Origin: Takakia lepidozioides
Taxonomy: Eukaryota; Plantae; Bryophyta
Length of the DNA: 64,000 nucleotides
Direction of reading: 5' to 3'
NCBI GenBank assembly: GCA_030704615.1
Contig: CM060731.1
Span: 62,496,001 to 62,560,000, forward strand
Shown here: positions 48,381-59,777 of the stretch, one piece after another
Layout of the letters: every line of letters begins with the position of its first letter
Numbering within the stretch: position 1 is the first letter of the stretch
Notes under the pieces: generated by a model
What the model was told of the DNA's origin: nothing
What the model saw: only the letters and a program-made list of their open reading frames with translations
Databases searched by the model: none
Made by a program: the position numbers and the translations under genes

Positions 48381-49249
48381 TGAATACCAAAAGGGAAACA
48401 AATAGGAAACACCCCCATGATACACTAGCTGTAGGTCATGACTGATTGTTCTGCGCGGGCTGAGTACTTAGAGATTTCCAACTCTTCAATCTTGGAGTTT
48501 CCGCCTCGAATAGCGAAGGGATGGGTGAGTAAAAGCCACGCGACAAGGGGATCGATGGCGGGTGGAGCGGCACGTGGCCTGTCAGGGTCATCGGCCCTTC
48601 ATCCGTCCATCATCCATCCCCTACGTGGGAGGATGAGGGGCCGATGACCCACATCATCCATTGTTTGTGAGGTTGGATGGATACGCAGGGGATCGGGCAT
48701 GGAAGATCGTAACATCCTGCCACGAACTCGCACACTCGTTCTTGTTGTCTCGTTCTTGCGGCTCTTTGTTGTCCAATGTTGCGGAGGTGACTTCGCACGC
48801 ATGCGGCTGTTCTTCTTGTTTAGGGCGATTTTAATGACGATGAAGGGTGTGCCTAAACATGAGAGGGCTGGCGGGGCTCTGCAGCCACCATCGTGCATAT
48901 GCTTCCACTATTTTCGCCTTCGTTTTGTGCTGACGTGCTTAACAGCACGTGGCGGGCGATTAGGGGTGGGGGATCACTGCCGGTCCGGAGGGGGATCAAG
49001 CCAGGTCGGGGGAGCGGCGATGTCTCGGGGGATCGCGCCGTGGATGGGAAGAGGGGATCGACGACGGGGGGGGGGGGGGGCGGGCCACGGGGCGATGGAC
49101 GCGTCATGGGGCCTTCATCTGGCTGTCATCCATCCCCTGCACAGACAAGGTTGGCTTTTGGTCATAGACGTTTATCTTCAAGTTCACCCATTTAGTAGGC
49201 TACCATGTGGGCAGGGAGAGAGAGAAAATGTGCTCATGTAGTCTCTGAA

Positions 49250-49800
49250 CAACTACTCCAGAACAATTTCAAGGGAACAGTCAACCCCATCATCTAAGGA
49301 ATCTGCATTGTCCTGGAGCAACGTCCAATTGGCATCTATTAGTCGACAGCCCTTCATGTACATTTTCCCTCCTTGGGATTATACAAACCTTCTGCAAAAT
49401 ACACGAGCAGAGTTTCAACAGAAAACCCAGCTGGTGTAATCTTCAAGTGAGCTCCCACTTTGAAATATTCTGGTTGCTTGCTTGGGTGGCGTGCACTTGA
49501 GCGAGCATTCGCTTTTAATGGCATCATCCATTGTCCCTCTGGAACCATGGTAAAATTACTCTCCTCCCTCCAATTTATTGTCATGTGGCCCTCAAGTGCA
49601 ATCACACTAAAGCTCAGATAATCCAACCTGGACTGCTGCTTCTGTTGTGGAAGCAGGAGTGAGTCAACTGAAAGATCTCTGCTTAAGATGTTGTAATCAT
49701 CAAGTCCATGGAGAGCAGGGTAACGAAACACTGCCCATTTTCTCAGGGCTGAGTAACCAAAGGAAACAACAAGGGTTTGTGGTATGAGCACAGTATTTGG
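49250..49800 (-). pseudogene. DUF2921-like plant gene fragment
   Basis: YFAEGLYNPKEGK, then after a frameshift MYMKGCRL...DGVDCSLEIVLE. Resembles the recalled EGxY...GC...DC signature of DUF2921. Confidence 0.45.
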
Positions 49801-49849
49801 CTAAAACTGAAACTGAAGGGCGGCGTGAATACACAGGACCTCTTTGTGG

Positions 49850-50150
49850 GTTGTGTTTACCAACTTTGAAAGTCTCGAGGCTGAGCCAAAAGCCCAGGCC
49901 CTTTTGGGGCTTAGTTATTGGGTAAACCACACACATCAGATTGAAGAATTGACCCTGCTAGATGTGTCTAAAGTCATGTTGGATGCTCGAAGACTGGCTG
50001 ATGGGAGAGATCCAGGAATTAATGTGGGCGTTGAAGTTAGGCATAAAACTCCATGAACTTCTTCCAGTCTATGACATGGGTAAGGACATTAAGGATGACC
50101 TGAAGGGCCTACCTACTCTCAGCACTAGACTGAAATTTAAACTTTGAGGC
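49850..50150 (+). mobile_element. Rearranged fragments of the RTE-type LINE found at 59778-62194
   Basis: FTNFESLEAEPKAQALL and DMGKDIKDDLKGLPTLSTRLKFKL match 61840-61925 and 61570-61660, but in permuted order. Confidence 0.8.
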
Positions 50151-51421
50151 TGAGCCTAAAGCCGTGGTCCTGTTGGAGTATAATTGCTGGGCAGCTCACA
50201 CACAGCAAGTTGATGTTGTTGCCGGCTCACAAGTACTTCATGGACCCAATGGACCCAAGACGACGTACACACACACACACACACACAATATGGCCAGAGT
50301 CCCCTAACCACTGGGAAGCTTCTCTAAGATAAGAGTCTACACAATTAGAATAGAAATTGACTACATTTCTGACATATTCTAGGTCAACAATGACCAGAAA
50401 CAGGCTCGTGAATGCAACCAACCCCTTACTACAGAAAGATACAGTAAGTGTACTTTGGGATGAGCCTCCAACGATCGAGCTAGCTGGAGGGCAGTCTTGT
50501 TCTGCTGCCTGACCTGAAGGTCCAGAGTCTTCAATCCTTGTAGAATGAGATATGCTGCATCCTGTTTACAGATTCACATATAGTCTTCCACTTAGAAAGC
50601 TGATTAAACAAGTGCTACCAACTGCTAACATTGGTCCAAGATATGACCTCATGAGAACATGGACATGACAAACACAAACCACAGACTTTCTATAGCTTTA
50701 CATAAAAAGGGTCTATTGTCAGAACCAAAAACACTAGGATCTTACACCAGATTTGGACCTGACAATGCCATTTCATAACTCCATCCGTCAACCCCTGATC
50801 AAAACTGTTCCGCTGACCTGCCCATATGACTCTATGAAACTCTAGATGTTCTCACAAGGAATAAGGTTTGAGTGGCAAGGCAATCAGAGCAGAATGTTCA
50901 TCTGCAACAATGGATTTTCATGGAAGTCAACACATCAAGCTCGATTCCCAAACACTGTATTAGCACTCCCTAAATCTCCACAGGCCTCTGCATTGAGTGC
51001 AAAAAGGAGTCCAGGTGACAAGGGACGTACTGCGTCAAGCACACCACCCAAGATGTTGTGCAGTGCTTGAACAACAGCAATACATTTCTTGGACCCACTC
51101 AGGCTGCCTGCCAAGACCTGTTCCAATGTACCATTAATACCAATGGTACTCTTCCAGCTTTCATTCGATCAGCTGTGCATTGCTGTCCTCCCAACTTTTC
51201 AAATATCACATCCTGGGCTTTGAGATGAAGTCCCAAAAGATAGACAGGATACCACATTGGAAATAGAAGAGGTATAATATATTAGACCCTTTTTGTTGTC
51301 AACATCTGTCCATGTTTGGTTTGGGTTTGAGAGGCTTCGAGCAGCCTCTCAATCTTTGATCAGGGTTAAAAGATAGATGGAACTTGTAATCTCAGGAGAT
51401 AGAACTGAGGGTTCTTCACTC

Positions 51422-51627
51422 ACGTCATTGTGGCCGGCAAGATATTTGGTTGCTGAATGTAGCACAAGATCTTCCCCTAAGGCCAATGCCTGCTGGTTGA
51501 CAGGGGTTGCAAATGAGCCATCAATGCAAACCAGTGCCCCATGGCTATGGCACAGCTTTGAAACCATTTCAATGTCGATACACCGCAAATAGGGGTTGGT
51601 GGGAGACTCAGAAAAAAATAATGATAC
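51422..51627 (-). pseudogene. CGS: Isolated exon of cystathionine gamma-synthase (Cys/Met PLP enzyme)
   Basis: VSLFFSESPTNPYLRCIDIE..VCIDGSFATPVNQQALALGEDLVLHSATKYLAGHND, including the PLP-binding lysine motif. Bounded by CAG| and |GTGAGT. Confidence 0.8.
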
Positions 51628-52059
51628 CTGAACCCAGCTTGCGCGGCCTTTTGACGTTCCTCACAAAATGCTTCGTAGGTAGAGCAGGTCACTGACTCCC
51701 AGATGCACAGCATCAAAAGCTGCACTCACTCAACATTCCCTATACACCCTAGCAATGCCCTACAATTGGCTGACCCTCCTAGACCTCACAGTGGGGTTTG
51801 CACCCACCACGATGTAAGCTCCCAAAAATCGTCAGCTTTCCCCCGTGAACCCACAGGGGCATTGAGAGCTGGTATTGACATCATACTATAAATCATAATG
51901 TTCAGCCCCAATATAGTGACGTACATTTACTTGAAGGTACAAAAAAGAAGAATGAAAAGAGAGAAGTACAAGAGCCAAAAAGAAGGGGAGTGGAGGGAGG
52001 GCATTGTACAACCAAAGTGATTTTTGAGGCCCTGAGCTCCACTTTCTGCTTGTGACAGC

Positions 52060-53680
52060 CTTCATCCACTAGGCCCACATGGCTACATGGAGAGAGAACA
52101 TACAAAGTTGATATGATCTGGCTTCAAGCCTTCCTGTTTCAGTTGTTCAAGCCTCCCTAGCACAGCCATGCTGACCATATCCTGCGATCATTGCATTCCA
52201 TGACACCAGATTTCGTTGAGCCATATATACTATACTTGCATCCTCTACACTACCACATTTGGCATACATATCAGCAAGGGCCACCCCCAGAACGGCATCT
52301 GGCGCAATCCCAGGTTGCTTGATGTGAGAATGTACCATTTTGCCTATGGCTGCCAGGGCTGGCACAGGCATTGAGAACGCAGATGTATGTGACCATGTCA
52401 GGCATCACCCCTTTCTCTATCATTTGCTTATACATCTCGAAAGCCTCATAGCAAACCCATGCTGAGTATATCCTGCAAACATCGCACTCCATGACACAAC
52501 ATCTCGTTGAGCCATGTTGTCGAAAACTTGAGGTGCCTCCTTGACATGTATGCTAAATATGTCAAGGAGGCACCACATTTAGCATACATGTCAGCAAGGG
52601 CTGTCTCCACCATTATATCTGGCACTATATTCCAGTTTTGTTGATGTCACCATGAACCTCTTGTCCTTTATCCAGAGCTCCCAGGCTGGAACATGCATTG
52701 AGAACAGATATGAAGGTGACCTTGTCAGGTGTCACCCCTTCCAGTATCATTTGCTCATACATCTTGAAAGCACCGCCCCAACCATGGTGACCATATCCTG
52801 TGATCGTTGTACTCCAAGAGACCACATCACGTGCATCCTTTGTACTCCCCCATTTGGCATACATGTCAGTAAGGGCAGTCTCCAGCATGCTATCTGCTGC
52901 AATTCCAATTTTGATGATATGAGCATGAACCTCTTTGCCCTGTTCCAGGACCCCTAGCTGGCTGGCACACACACATTGAGCATGCAAATGAAACTGACCC
53001 TGTCGGGTGTCACCCGCTCCTCTATCATTTGTTCGTATGTCTTGAACGCATCCCTATCAAACCCATATCCTGCAATCAATGCGCACCATGAGAAAACAGC
53101 CGTTGAGCCATATTGTTGAACACTAGTCATGAGTATTTCATGCTCCTGCATTTGGCATACATGTCAACAAGGGATGTCTCGAGTATGATATCTTGCACGA
53201 TTCCAGATTTGACAATGTCAGCACAGACCTCTTTGCCCTTTTCCAGGCCTCCTCAGTTGCTACATGCATGGAGAATGCAAGTGAACGTGACCCTGTCAGG
53301 AGTCACCCCTTTCTGTCGCATTTGCTCATAAATTTCAAGAGCCTCCATAGAACAACCATGCTGAGCATATCCTCCGGTAATTTGCTCCATGCGACCACAT
53401 CTCAATTAGCCTCTTGTTGAGAACTTGCCACACTGAGCATATCCTATGATCATGGCATTCCATGAGACCACATTTCGTAGAGCTATATTTACAAACACTT
53501 GTTGACGTATGGTGCAATTCCAGATTCGATTATTTCCGCGCGGACCTCTCTGACCTTCCAGGGATTGTAAGCTGGCACATGCATTGAGAACACGAATGAA
53601 TGTCAGGCTTGACCCCTTCCCGGTGCATTTGATGATAGATATCAAAAGCCTCTCTGCCACGACCATGCTGAGCATATCCT
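52060..53680 (-). pseudogene. Degenerate PLS-class PPR pseudogene
   Basis: Scattered DMYAKCGS, VVSWNAMI.GY and CSHVGLVDEG motifs across many frameshifts and deletions. Confidence 0.9.
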
Positions 53681-56129
53681 GCTTTATTCAACTGCACATT
53701 GTAAGCGAGAATGTTGCCAGTTGCACCGGTGTCGTTGCATCCGATCCATTCAAAGTGGGTTATCTGGGATTTGAATCTCTCCTTGACGAATTTGGTTGTG
53801 GGAGTGGATTGTAGAGCATAATGGGCTTGGAATCCTCGGACTGCAGCCAGTCCCCATTCGGAAATGAAAAAAGGTTCTGCAGCATCACCATGTAGGATCT
53901 CCTTATGAGATCGGTGTGTGTTAAACCCCTCCCTCCGCGCTCAAGCGCATGGGACATCATCGTCCTTTTCCCGCGCTGCAACACACCTCTCTCCCGGTTA
54001 TTTTCGGGCGTTTCATCGTGCAGGTTTCAAAACAATTGATGACAATGATGTGGGCATGAGCATGACGATGACGTGTCTACGTTGACGTGGCGAAGATGAT
54101 GTGGCACCATGACACCCTATTCCTGTTCTACGCTAAACTAATCTCCCAACTTCAATGGTTCGCTAGAATCTCTTATGTGAGGTAGATCCTGGACCCCTCT
54201 TGGCTAGGACCTACTTTACTGAGAAGCGAAACTGATCACTTGACGACCTAGCTGCAAATGGCTCCCTAAGCATTTTACATTCTCATAACCAGACTCCTGT
54301 GAGGAATCTCTAAGAAGATGCAAGCATCAGCCCAAGATCCTGGATTTTCGTGGAAGCATTTTGTTGCAAAGACCCTACTGAGAGGCTGGGTTTGACCAGA
54401 GCAGCAAATGTCACAACTTTGTGACGGAATGAAAGAAGGTTATCAGACTACCTTGAGATCCAGTCCAACCTCTCAAGACATAGCGGAGGACGATAGATGA
54501 CTTTCAAGCCCTTGTATATTAAGGACACAGCTCTGATGCAAGCTAGTGAGCCCTCAGGGAAGATTCTGCCGATGTGAAAATAGACGAGTGAAGGAGCTCA
54601 ACAGTGAAGGATCTGAAGCTTGTTGCAAAAGTTTACACTAAACATGGAAAGGAAATGAAAATGGTCCCATTAGGTGGATATCACCATGAGGATGCACTCG
54701 GTAATCTCTGGAAATGAGAGGCCCTCCTTGAGAGCATGAAAAAGATTGACACTGCTCTATTTGTATTTGGAAGACGTTAAGATGGGATTGAGAGACCCAG
54801 TGATCGAAGCATTGAGCGTTCTATAATGATACATACCGCTCTGTTGATCAGATAGTTTTCCTCTGTTATGCTCGAAAGTGACGAGAGAGAAGGAATTTAC
54901 TTCAGCATATCCAAATTAGGTAGGATAGCTCAACGTAGACAACTTGGTGAGGAGTTCGAGGAATTTGAGGTTCATATCAAGAGAAAGTATTGTGACGCTC
55001 TGTAGTCTGAAGTAAGAGAAATTTTCTCAGACTTATGGGTTGGGAGCACGGTCATATTTCGTGGGCTTGACTCGGGGATTTGTGGTCAGATTTGTGGTTG
55101 GAGTTTCTTATGTTAGGGCAGGGCGAGAGCGAGAGAGTGTGTGGGGTTTTCACGCCTTTCCAGACTTCCTGCCTTATTCTGTCTTTTCGGAAGCAGTGGT
55201 GATGATAAGACGACTTTGAGGTCACTTTCAAAGAGTCTTGCAGTTGGGAGGAGGTGGACGAAGCCATGGCAGGCAGGTGCATAACCTTGGCTCTTCTCAA
55301 GTCACGCCTGCTATCCCGCTCGCAAGTAAGCACGAACTCAAGTTCTAGTTTTATTTTTGTTCTCATTTACTCTGCCTTCAATTCCTCATCACCTTGTCCT
55401 GATATCAACTGCAGTGCCTTACTTTCCGACGTGTATACTGCGGATGCCCCACCCAATATCTCTAGATGACAGAACTTTAAACAACCACCACAGTAACTGT
55501 CGTATCTCATAGTCCTGTAGAGTTGGGCAAAAATGGTTGCGGTCTGAAGTGATAAGAGGGAAAAATGGGGTTGCTCGTGGACGCATGGGCTGCCAGAGGC
55601 AGAAAGCAGAGTAACAGAAATTCTTCCAATGTGCAGGTCCACCCAGGTGGAAGGCAGAGCATGGAGCTATCCCTTAGAGCATTTTCAAGTCCATCGACTA
55701 TGACCAATGGTATGTCACTTGTCCTTAGCTGTCAGGCAATTTTCTTTCTGACGTCAAGTTCCATTAGTGGATGGTATAGAGTAGATATTTTTTGCTCTTC
55801 TCCTGATCAGCTTCTCCTCTCCTCCCCTTTGCTGTTCCGTCCAAATGGATATCCATCACCATTCCTGCACTTGATTTTGCATGGTTAGCATGCTGCCTCA
55901 TCCCTGATGTTGTGGCAATGTTTGCCAGGGTTTCTTCCCAATCTGTCAGAGCAAGCAACTATGCAGCCTGCAGAAATTGCAGATTAAGGTCCAAAAGGTT
56001 GAGCATTTTTGCTCGCTGCTGAGCTCCCTGCTTAATGTGGATGTGTAGTCACTGCAGACATGATACCTCTTGATGTGGTCCTCCAATTCCCCTGCAAGCC
56101 CCTGCAGTGTTATCTGCAACAGCTGAAAA

Positions 56130-58265
56130 TTGGCATGTGCTGAATTTTCTCTTTGTTTGCTTGAGGCAGGTAAAGAGCCCAGATTAAGTTTCCAAAAAGG
56201 GGCAATAGATGGAGGCGAAAACATTACAACTGTCACTCAAGGAGATGTGATTACTTTGTGTAAGGACGGCAGATTGCGAGAGGCGCTGCACATTTTGGAC
56301 CAACAAGGCGGTCGAGCAGACTCCAGTACCTTTGTCTGTCTCTTGCAGGGGTGCATGAACACAAGAGCTTTGGCAGAGGGAAAGCAGGTGCATGCCCACA
56401 TTAGACGAAGTGAATTCAAGCCAAATGTGTTTGTAGTCAACTCCCTTGTCAACATGTATGCAAAATGCGGGAGCATGGTGGATGCTCGACAGGTGTTTGA
56501 GGAAATGCCTCAACGAGATCGGTTCACATGGACCATGCTGATGGCAGGATATGCTAAGCATGGACATGCCAAGGAGGCTCTAAAAATCTACAAGCAAATG
56601 CATTGGGAAAGGGTGATACCTGACAAGGTTACATACACCACTGTTCTCAATGTGTGTGCCAGCCTAGGTGCCCTGGAAGAGGGCAAGCAGGTCCATGCTG
56701 ACATCATCCGAAGTGGAATTGCATCCGACTACATTTTGGAGAATGCCCTTATTGACATGTTTGCCAAATGTGGAAGCATAGGGGATGCGCGTCAAGTGTT
56801 TGACAGTATGGCTCAGCGAGATGTGGTCTCATGGAATACAATGATAACAGGATATGCCCAGAGTGGGCATGGTGAAGAGGCTCTCAAAGTCTATGAGTAC
56901 ATGCAACAGGAGGGGGTGATTCCCAATCGTGTCACTCTCATTTGCATTCTCAATGCGTGCGCGAGTGTAGGAGCTCTGGAAAAGGGGAAGCAGATCCATG
57001 CTGATATCAAGAAAACTGGAATTGTGTCAGATGTAAATCTTGAGACAACCCTTGTTGACATGTATGCCAAATGTGGGAGTATAAAGGATGCATGTGAAGT
57101 GTTTGACAGGATGCCTAAACGAGATGTTGTTTCATGGAATGTGATGATTGCAGGGTTTGCTCAGTGTGGGCATGGTGAAGAAGCTCTTAAACTCTACGAG
57201 CAAATGCAGCGTGTAGGAGTTTTGCCTGACCGAGTCACCTATACGACCATTCTCAATGCATGTGCCAGCTTAGGAAACCTCGAAATGGGCAAGCAGGTTC
57301 ATTCTGATGTCCGCAAAATAGAAATTGCACCAGACGTTATTTTGGAGAATACCCTTGTTGACATGTATGCAAAATGTGGGAGCATAGAGGATGCACGACA
57401 AGTGTTTGACAAAATAGCTGAAAGAGATGTTGTCTCATGGAGTGCGATGATCACAGGATATGCTCAACATGGGTGTGGTAAAGAGGCTTTCAAACTCTAT
57501 GAGGAAATGCAACAAGAAGGTGTAATGCCCAACAGGGTCTCATTCATTTGCATTCTCAATGCATGTGCCAGCCTAGGAGCTCTAGAAAAGGTCAGGCAGG
57601 TCCATGCCCACATCATCGAAGCCCAAATTGCATCATATATTAATTTGGAGAATACCCTCGTCGATACTTATGCCAAGTGCGGGAGCGTAGAGGATGCACG
57701 TCAAGTGTTCGACAAGATGGTAAAACGAGATGTGTTCTCATGGAGTGCGATGATTGCAGGATATGCCCAGCATGGGTGTGGCACACAGGCGCTCAAACTA
57801 TTCGTTGAAATGCGACAGGAAGGTATTACCCCGGATGCTATCACCTTCACTTCTGTTCTCACTGCTTGCAGCCATGGGGGCCTAGTGGATGAAGGCCTTC
57901 ACTACTTTGAATCCATGAGTCGAGATCATAGCCTCACACCTACAGTGGAGCATTTTGGCTGTATGGTGGACCTGCTTGGCCGTGTAGGGCTATTGGAGGA
58001 GGCAGAGGACTTAATCAACAAAATGCCAATCAGACCAGATGCTGTAATGTGGGCCACCTTGCTTGGTGCCTGCAAAATCCATGGTGATGTGCAGGTAGCA
58101 GAGTGTGCTGCAAAAGCAATTCTTGAGTTAGATCCACAGGACCCTGTAGCCAATGCAATGCTGTCAAAAATCTATGCTGAGGCCGGCAAGTGGGATGATA
58201 AACCAAGTGTGAAAAAAGTGATGGAGGAGGAGGTGACACAGAGGTGTCAGGGGACATTGTATTGA
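56130..58265 (+). CDS. PLS-class pentatricopeptide repeat protein with E1/E2 domains (organellar RNA-editing factor type)
   Basis: L-S-(P-L-S)x4-P2-L2-S2-E1-E2 motifs in a 711-aa open frame. A likely splice acceptor at ~56169 suggests the true start is upstream. Confidence 0.93.
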   Translation: MACAEFSLCLLEAGKEPRLSFQKGAIDGGENITTVTQGDVITLCKDGRLREALHILDQQGGRADSSTFVCLLQGCMNTRALAEGKQVHAHIRRSEFKPNVFVVNSLVNMYAKCGSMVDARQVFEEMPQRDRFTWTMLMAGYAKHGHAKEALKIYKQMHWERVIPDKVTYTTVLNVCASLGALEEGKQVHADIIRSGIASDYILENALIDMFAKCGSIGDARQVFDSMAQRDVVSWNTMITGYAQSGHGEEALKVYEYMQQEGVIPNRVTLICILNACASVGALEKGKQIHADIKKTGIVSDVNLETTLVDMYAKCGSIKDACEVFDRMPKRDVVSWNVMIAGFAQCGHGEEALKLYEQMQRVGVLPDRVTYTTILNACASLGNLEMGKQVHSDVRKIEIAPDVILENTLVDMYAKCGSIEDARQVFDKIAERDVVSWSAMITGYAQHGCGKEAFKLYEEMQQEGVMPNRVSFICILNACASLGALEKVRQVHAHIIEAQIASYINLENTLVDTYAKCGSVEDARQVFDKMVKRDVFSWSAMIAGYAQHGCGTQALKLFVEMRQEGITPDAITFTSVLTACSHGGLVDEGLHYFESMSRDHSLTPTVEHFGCMVDLLGRVGLLEEAEDLINKMPIRPDAVMWATLLGACKIHGDVQVAECAAKAILELDPQDPVANAMLSKIYAEAGKWDDKPSVKKVMEEEVTQRCQGTLY

Positions 58266-58582
58266 CATGAACCGACAGGTTTGTTAATGTAGAAGACAAA
58301 CTACATCCACAAATTGAGGGAGACCGTCCAAGCCATGAACAGTAAGGTGCCTGACACTGGGCTTTGTATTGCCTGACCTGCTGGACTCAGTGGGAAGCAG
58401 TGTGCCATTATTCTTGGCTCCTCAGCACAGCCAATGGGATGCCCATACAGCTTCAAGATGTTCAGTTGTGTGTAGACTGCCAAAACTACCATCAAGTAAA
58501 TGTCAGGCCCGTTTTCGTATTGGATGCCAACCACTTCCTTGACTCTGGAGATGGGGTCTGTTCTCGCGGTGACCAATGGTGA
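58266..58582 (+). pseudogene. Eroded DYW deaminase domain downstream of the PPR stop codon
   Basis: LLSTANGMPIQLQDVQLCVDC...VLDANHF..GDGVCSRGDQW* matches the DYW C-terminus. HxE motif and PG box are lost. Confidence 0.85.
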
Positions 58583-59777
58583 AACAGGCAACATGCATGA
58601 TGGAGACTGTGTTGCTTCAACGTGGGGGTGGAAAGCTCATAGACTTTTCGTTATTGAAGTAATCCAGATGGTAGATTTTGATTCAGAACCTACTTCTGTT
58701 GACTTGCCTATAGGGATGACTACAGCTCAAAGATGGCTATTGACAGCAGCAGTGCAAGTCACAGAAATATTTATTGCGAAGGACATTACAACGGAGGAGG
58801 GATGTCTTCAACACCTCATCAATTTCCAAGTAAGTTTATCGATGTACAAAATTGGTCTCCTTTGCTCATATTGCCTTAGGATTTTCTGATATTCCCTACC
58901 ACTACAGTGAAGGATAAGTTATGCAGCAAAACTTCTTGGCAAACCAGCAGAGTGTCAGGGGGAGAGAGGGGGGGAAGAGGGAGACTTTTTTACACATACT
59001 AGTTTGACTGAACTCAGATCGTGCCAAAAGAACTAAGGGGTGGGTGGCTTTGGCTTCTCCACAACTATGCAACAAAAACAAAATGCAGATGAAGGGAAGG
59101 AAAGGTCACAAGGGCTTGAGGCACACCGACCGGCTTGCAGCATCATTCATGTCAGAATCATGGTGCTTCGTCATATTCTTCTTCAGTGATGTTTCAAATG
59201 GATTCAAATGTAGCTTATGTTGGAGTTATTGGCATAAGACCTTATTTTGCAGATGCCACATGAATTGGGTCTTGCACCATGTTGTTCATTTCCAGCTTTA
59301 CTACGACCACATCCATCAAGGATCCAGTTCCGGGAAAGTTCATATGATGTGATGTTGAGCACTCACATTCTGCGATACAATTCTTGACTGCTGTGATATC
59401 ATGTCTTTCACCCGTGCTTTGCCTTGGTTATGAGCATAGCATATTGTATCTGAGATTTTCCAATTCTGGAGCTTCATCCTAGCCTATTTAAAGGTTGTCA
59501 ACTACAAAGATATCGAATATAACAATGTGACAGTGAATTGTAATTGTAATTTTAATACAACCTGATATAGTTTCCATCATGAGAGCTTACTAATATCTGT
59601 GTTTGTTTCCTAGTTTGAAGAATGTGATTCTATCAGACAAGTTACTGAAACGAGGAGAGAAGTTTGATTGAACAGATATTTCCTTGATGTTGTGTACGAG
59701 GTGTGCCTTGCGAACATGATATCTTGAGGTCTTTCTCAGATACACTGTATCTAGGGCCTCGGAGGTCTGTCCAAAGA

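Noticed and set aside
48440-49150. GC-rich block with a repeated GGGCCTTCATC...CATCCATCCCCT motif and a 180-aa ORF
   Set aside because: No recognisable domain, termini or TSD; cannot be classified.
54180-56120. Coding-like fragments upstream of the PPR gene (also 50840-51240)
   Set aside because: Probably decayed TE or gene pieces, but I could not assign any motif with confidence.
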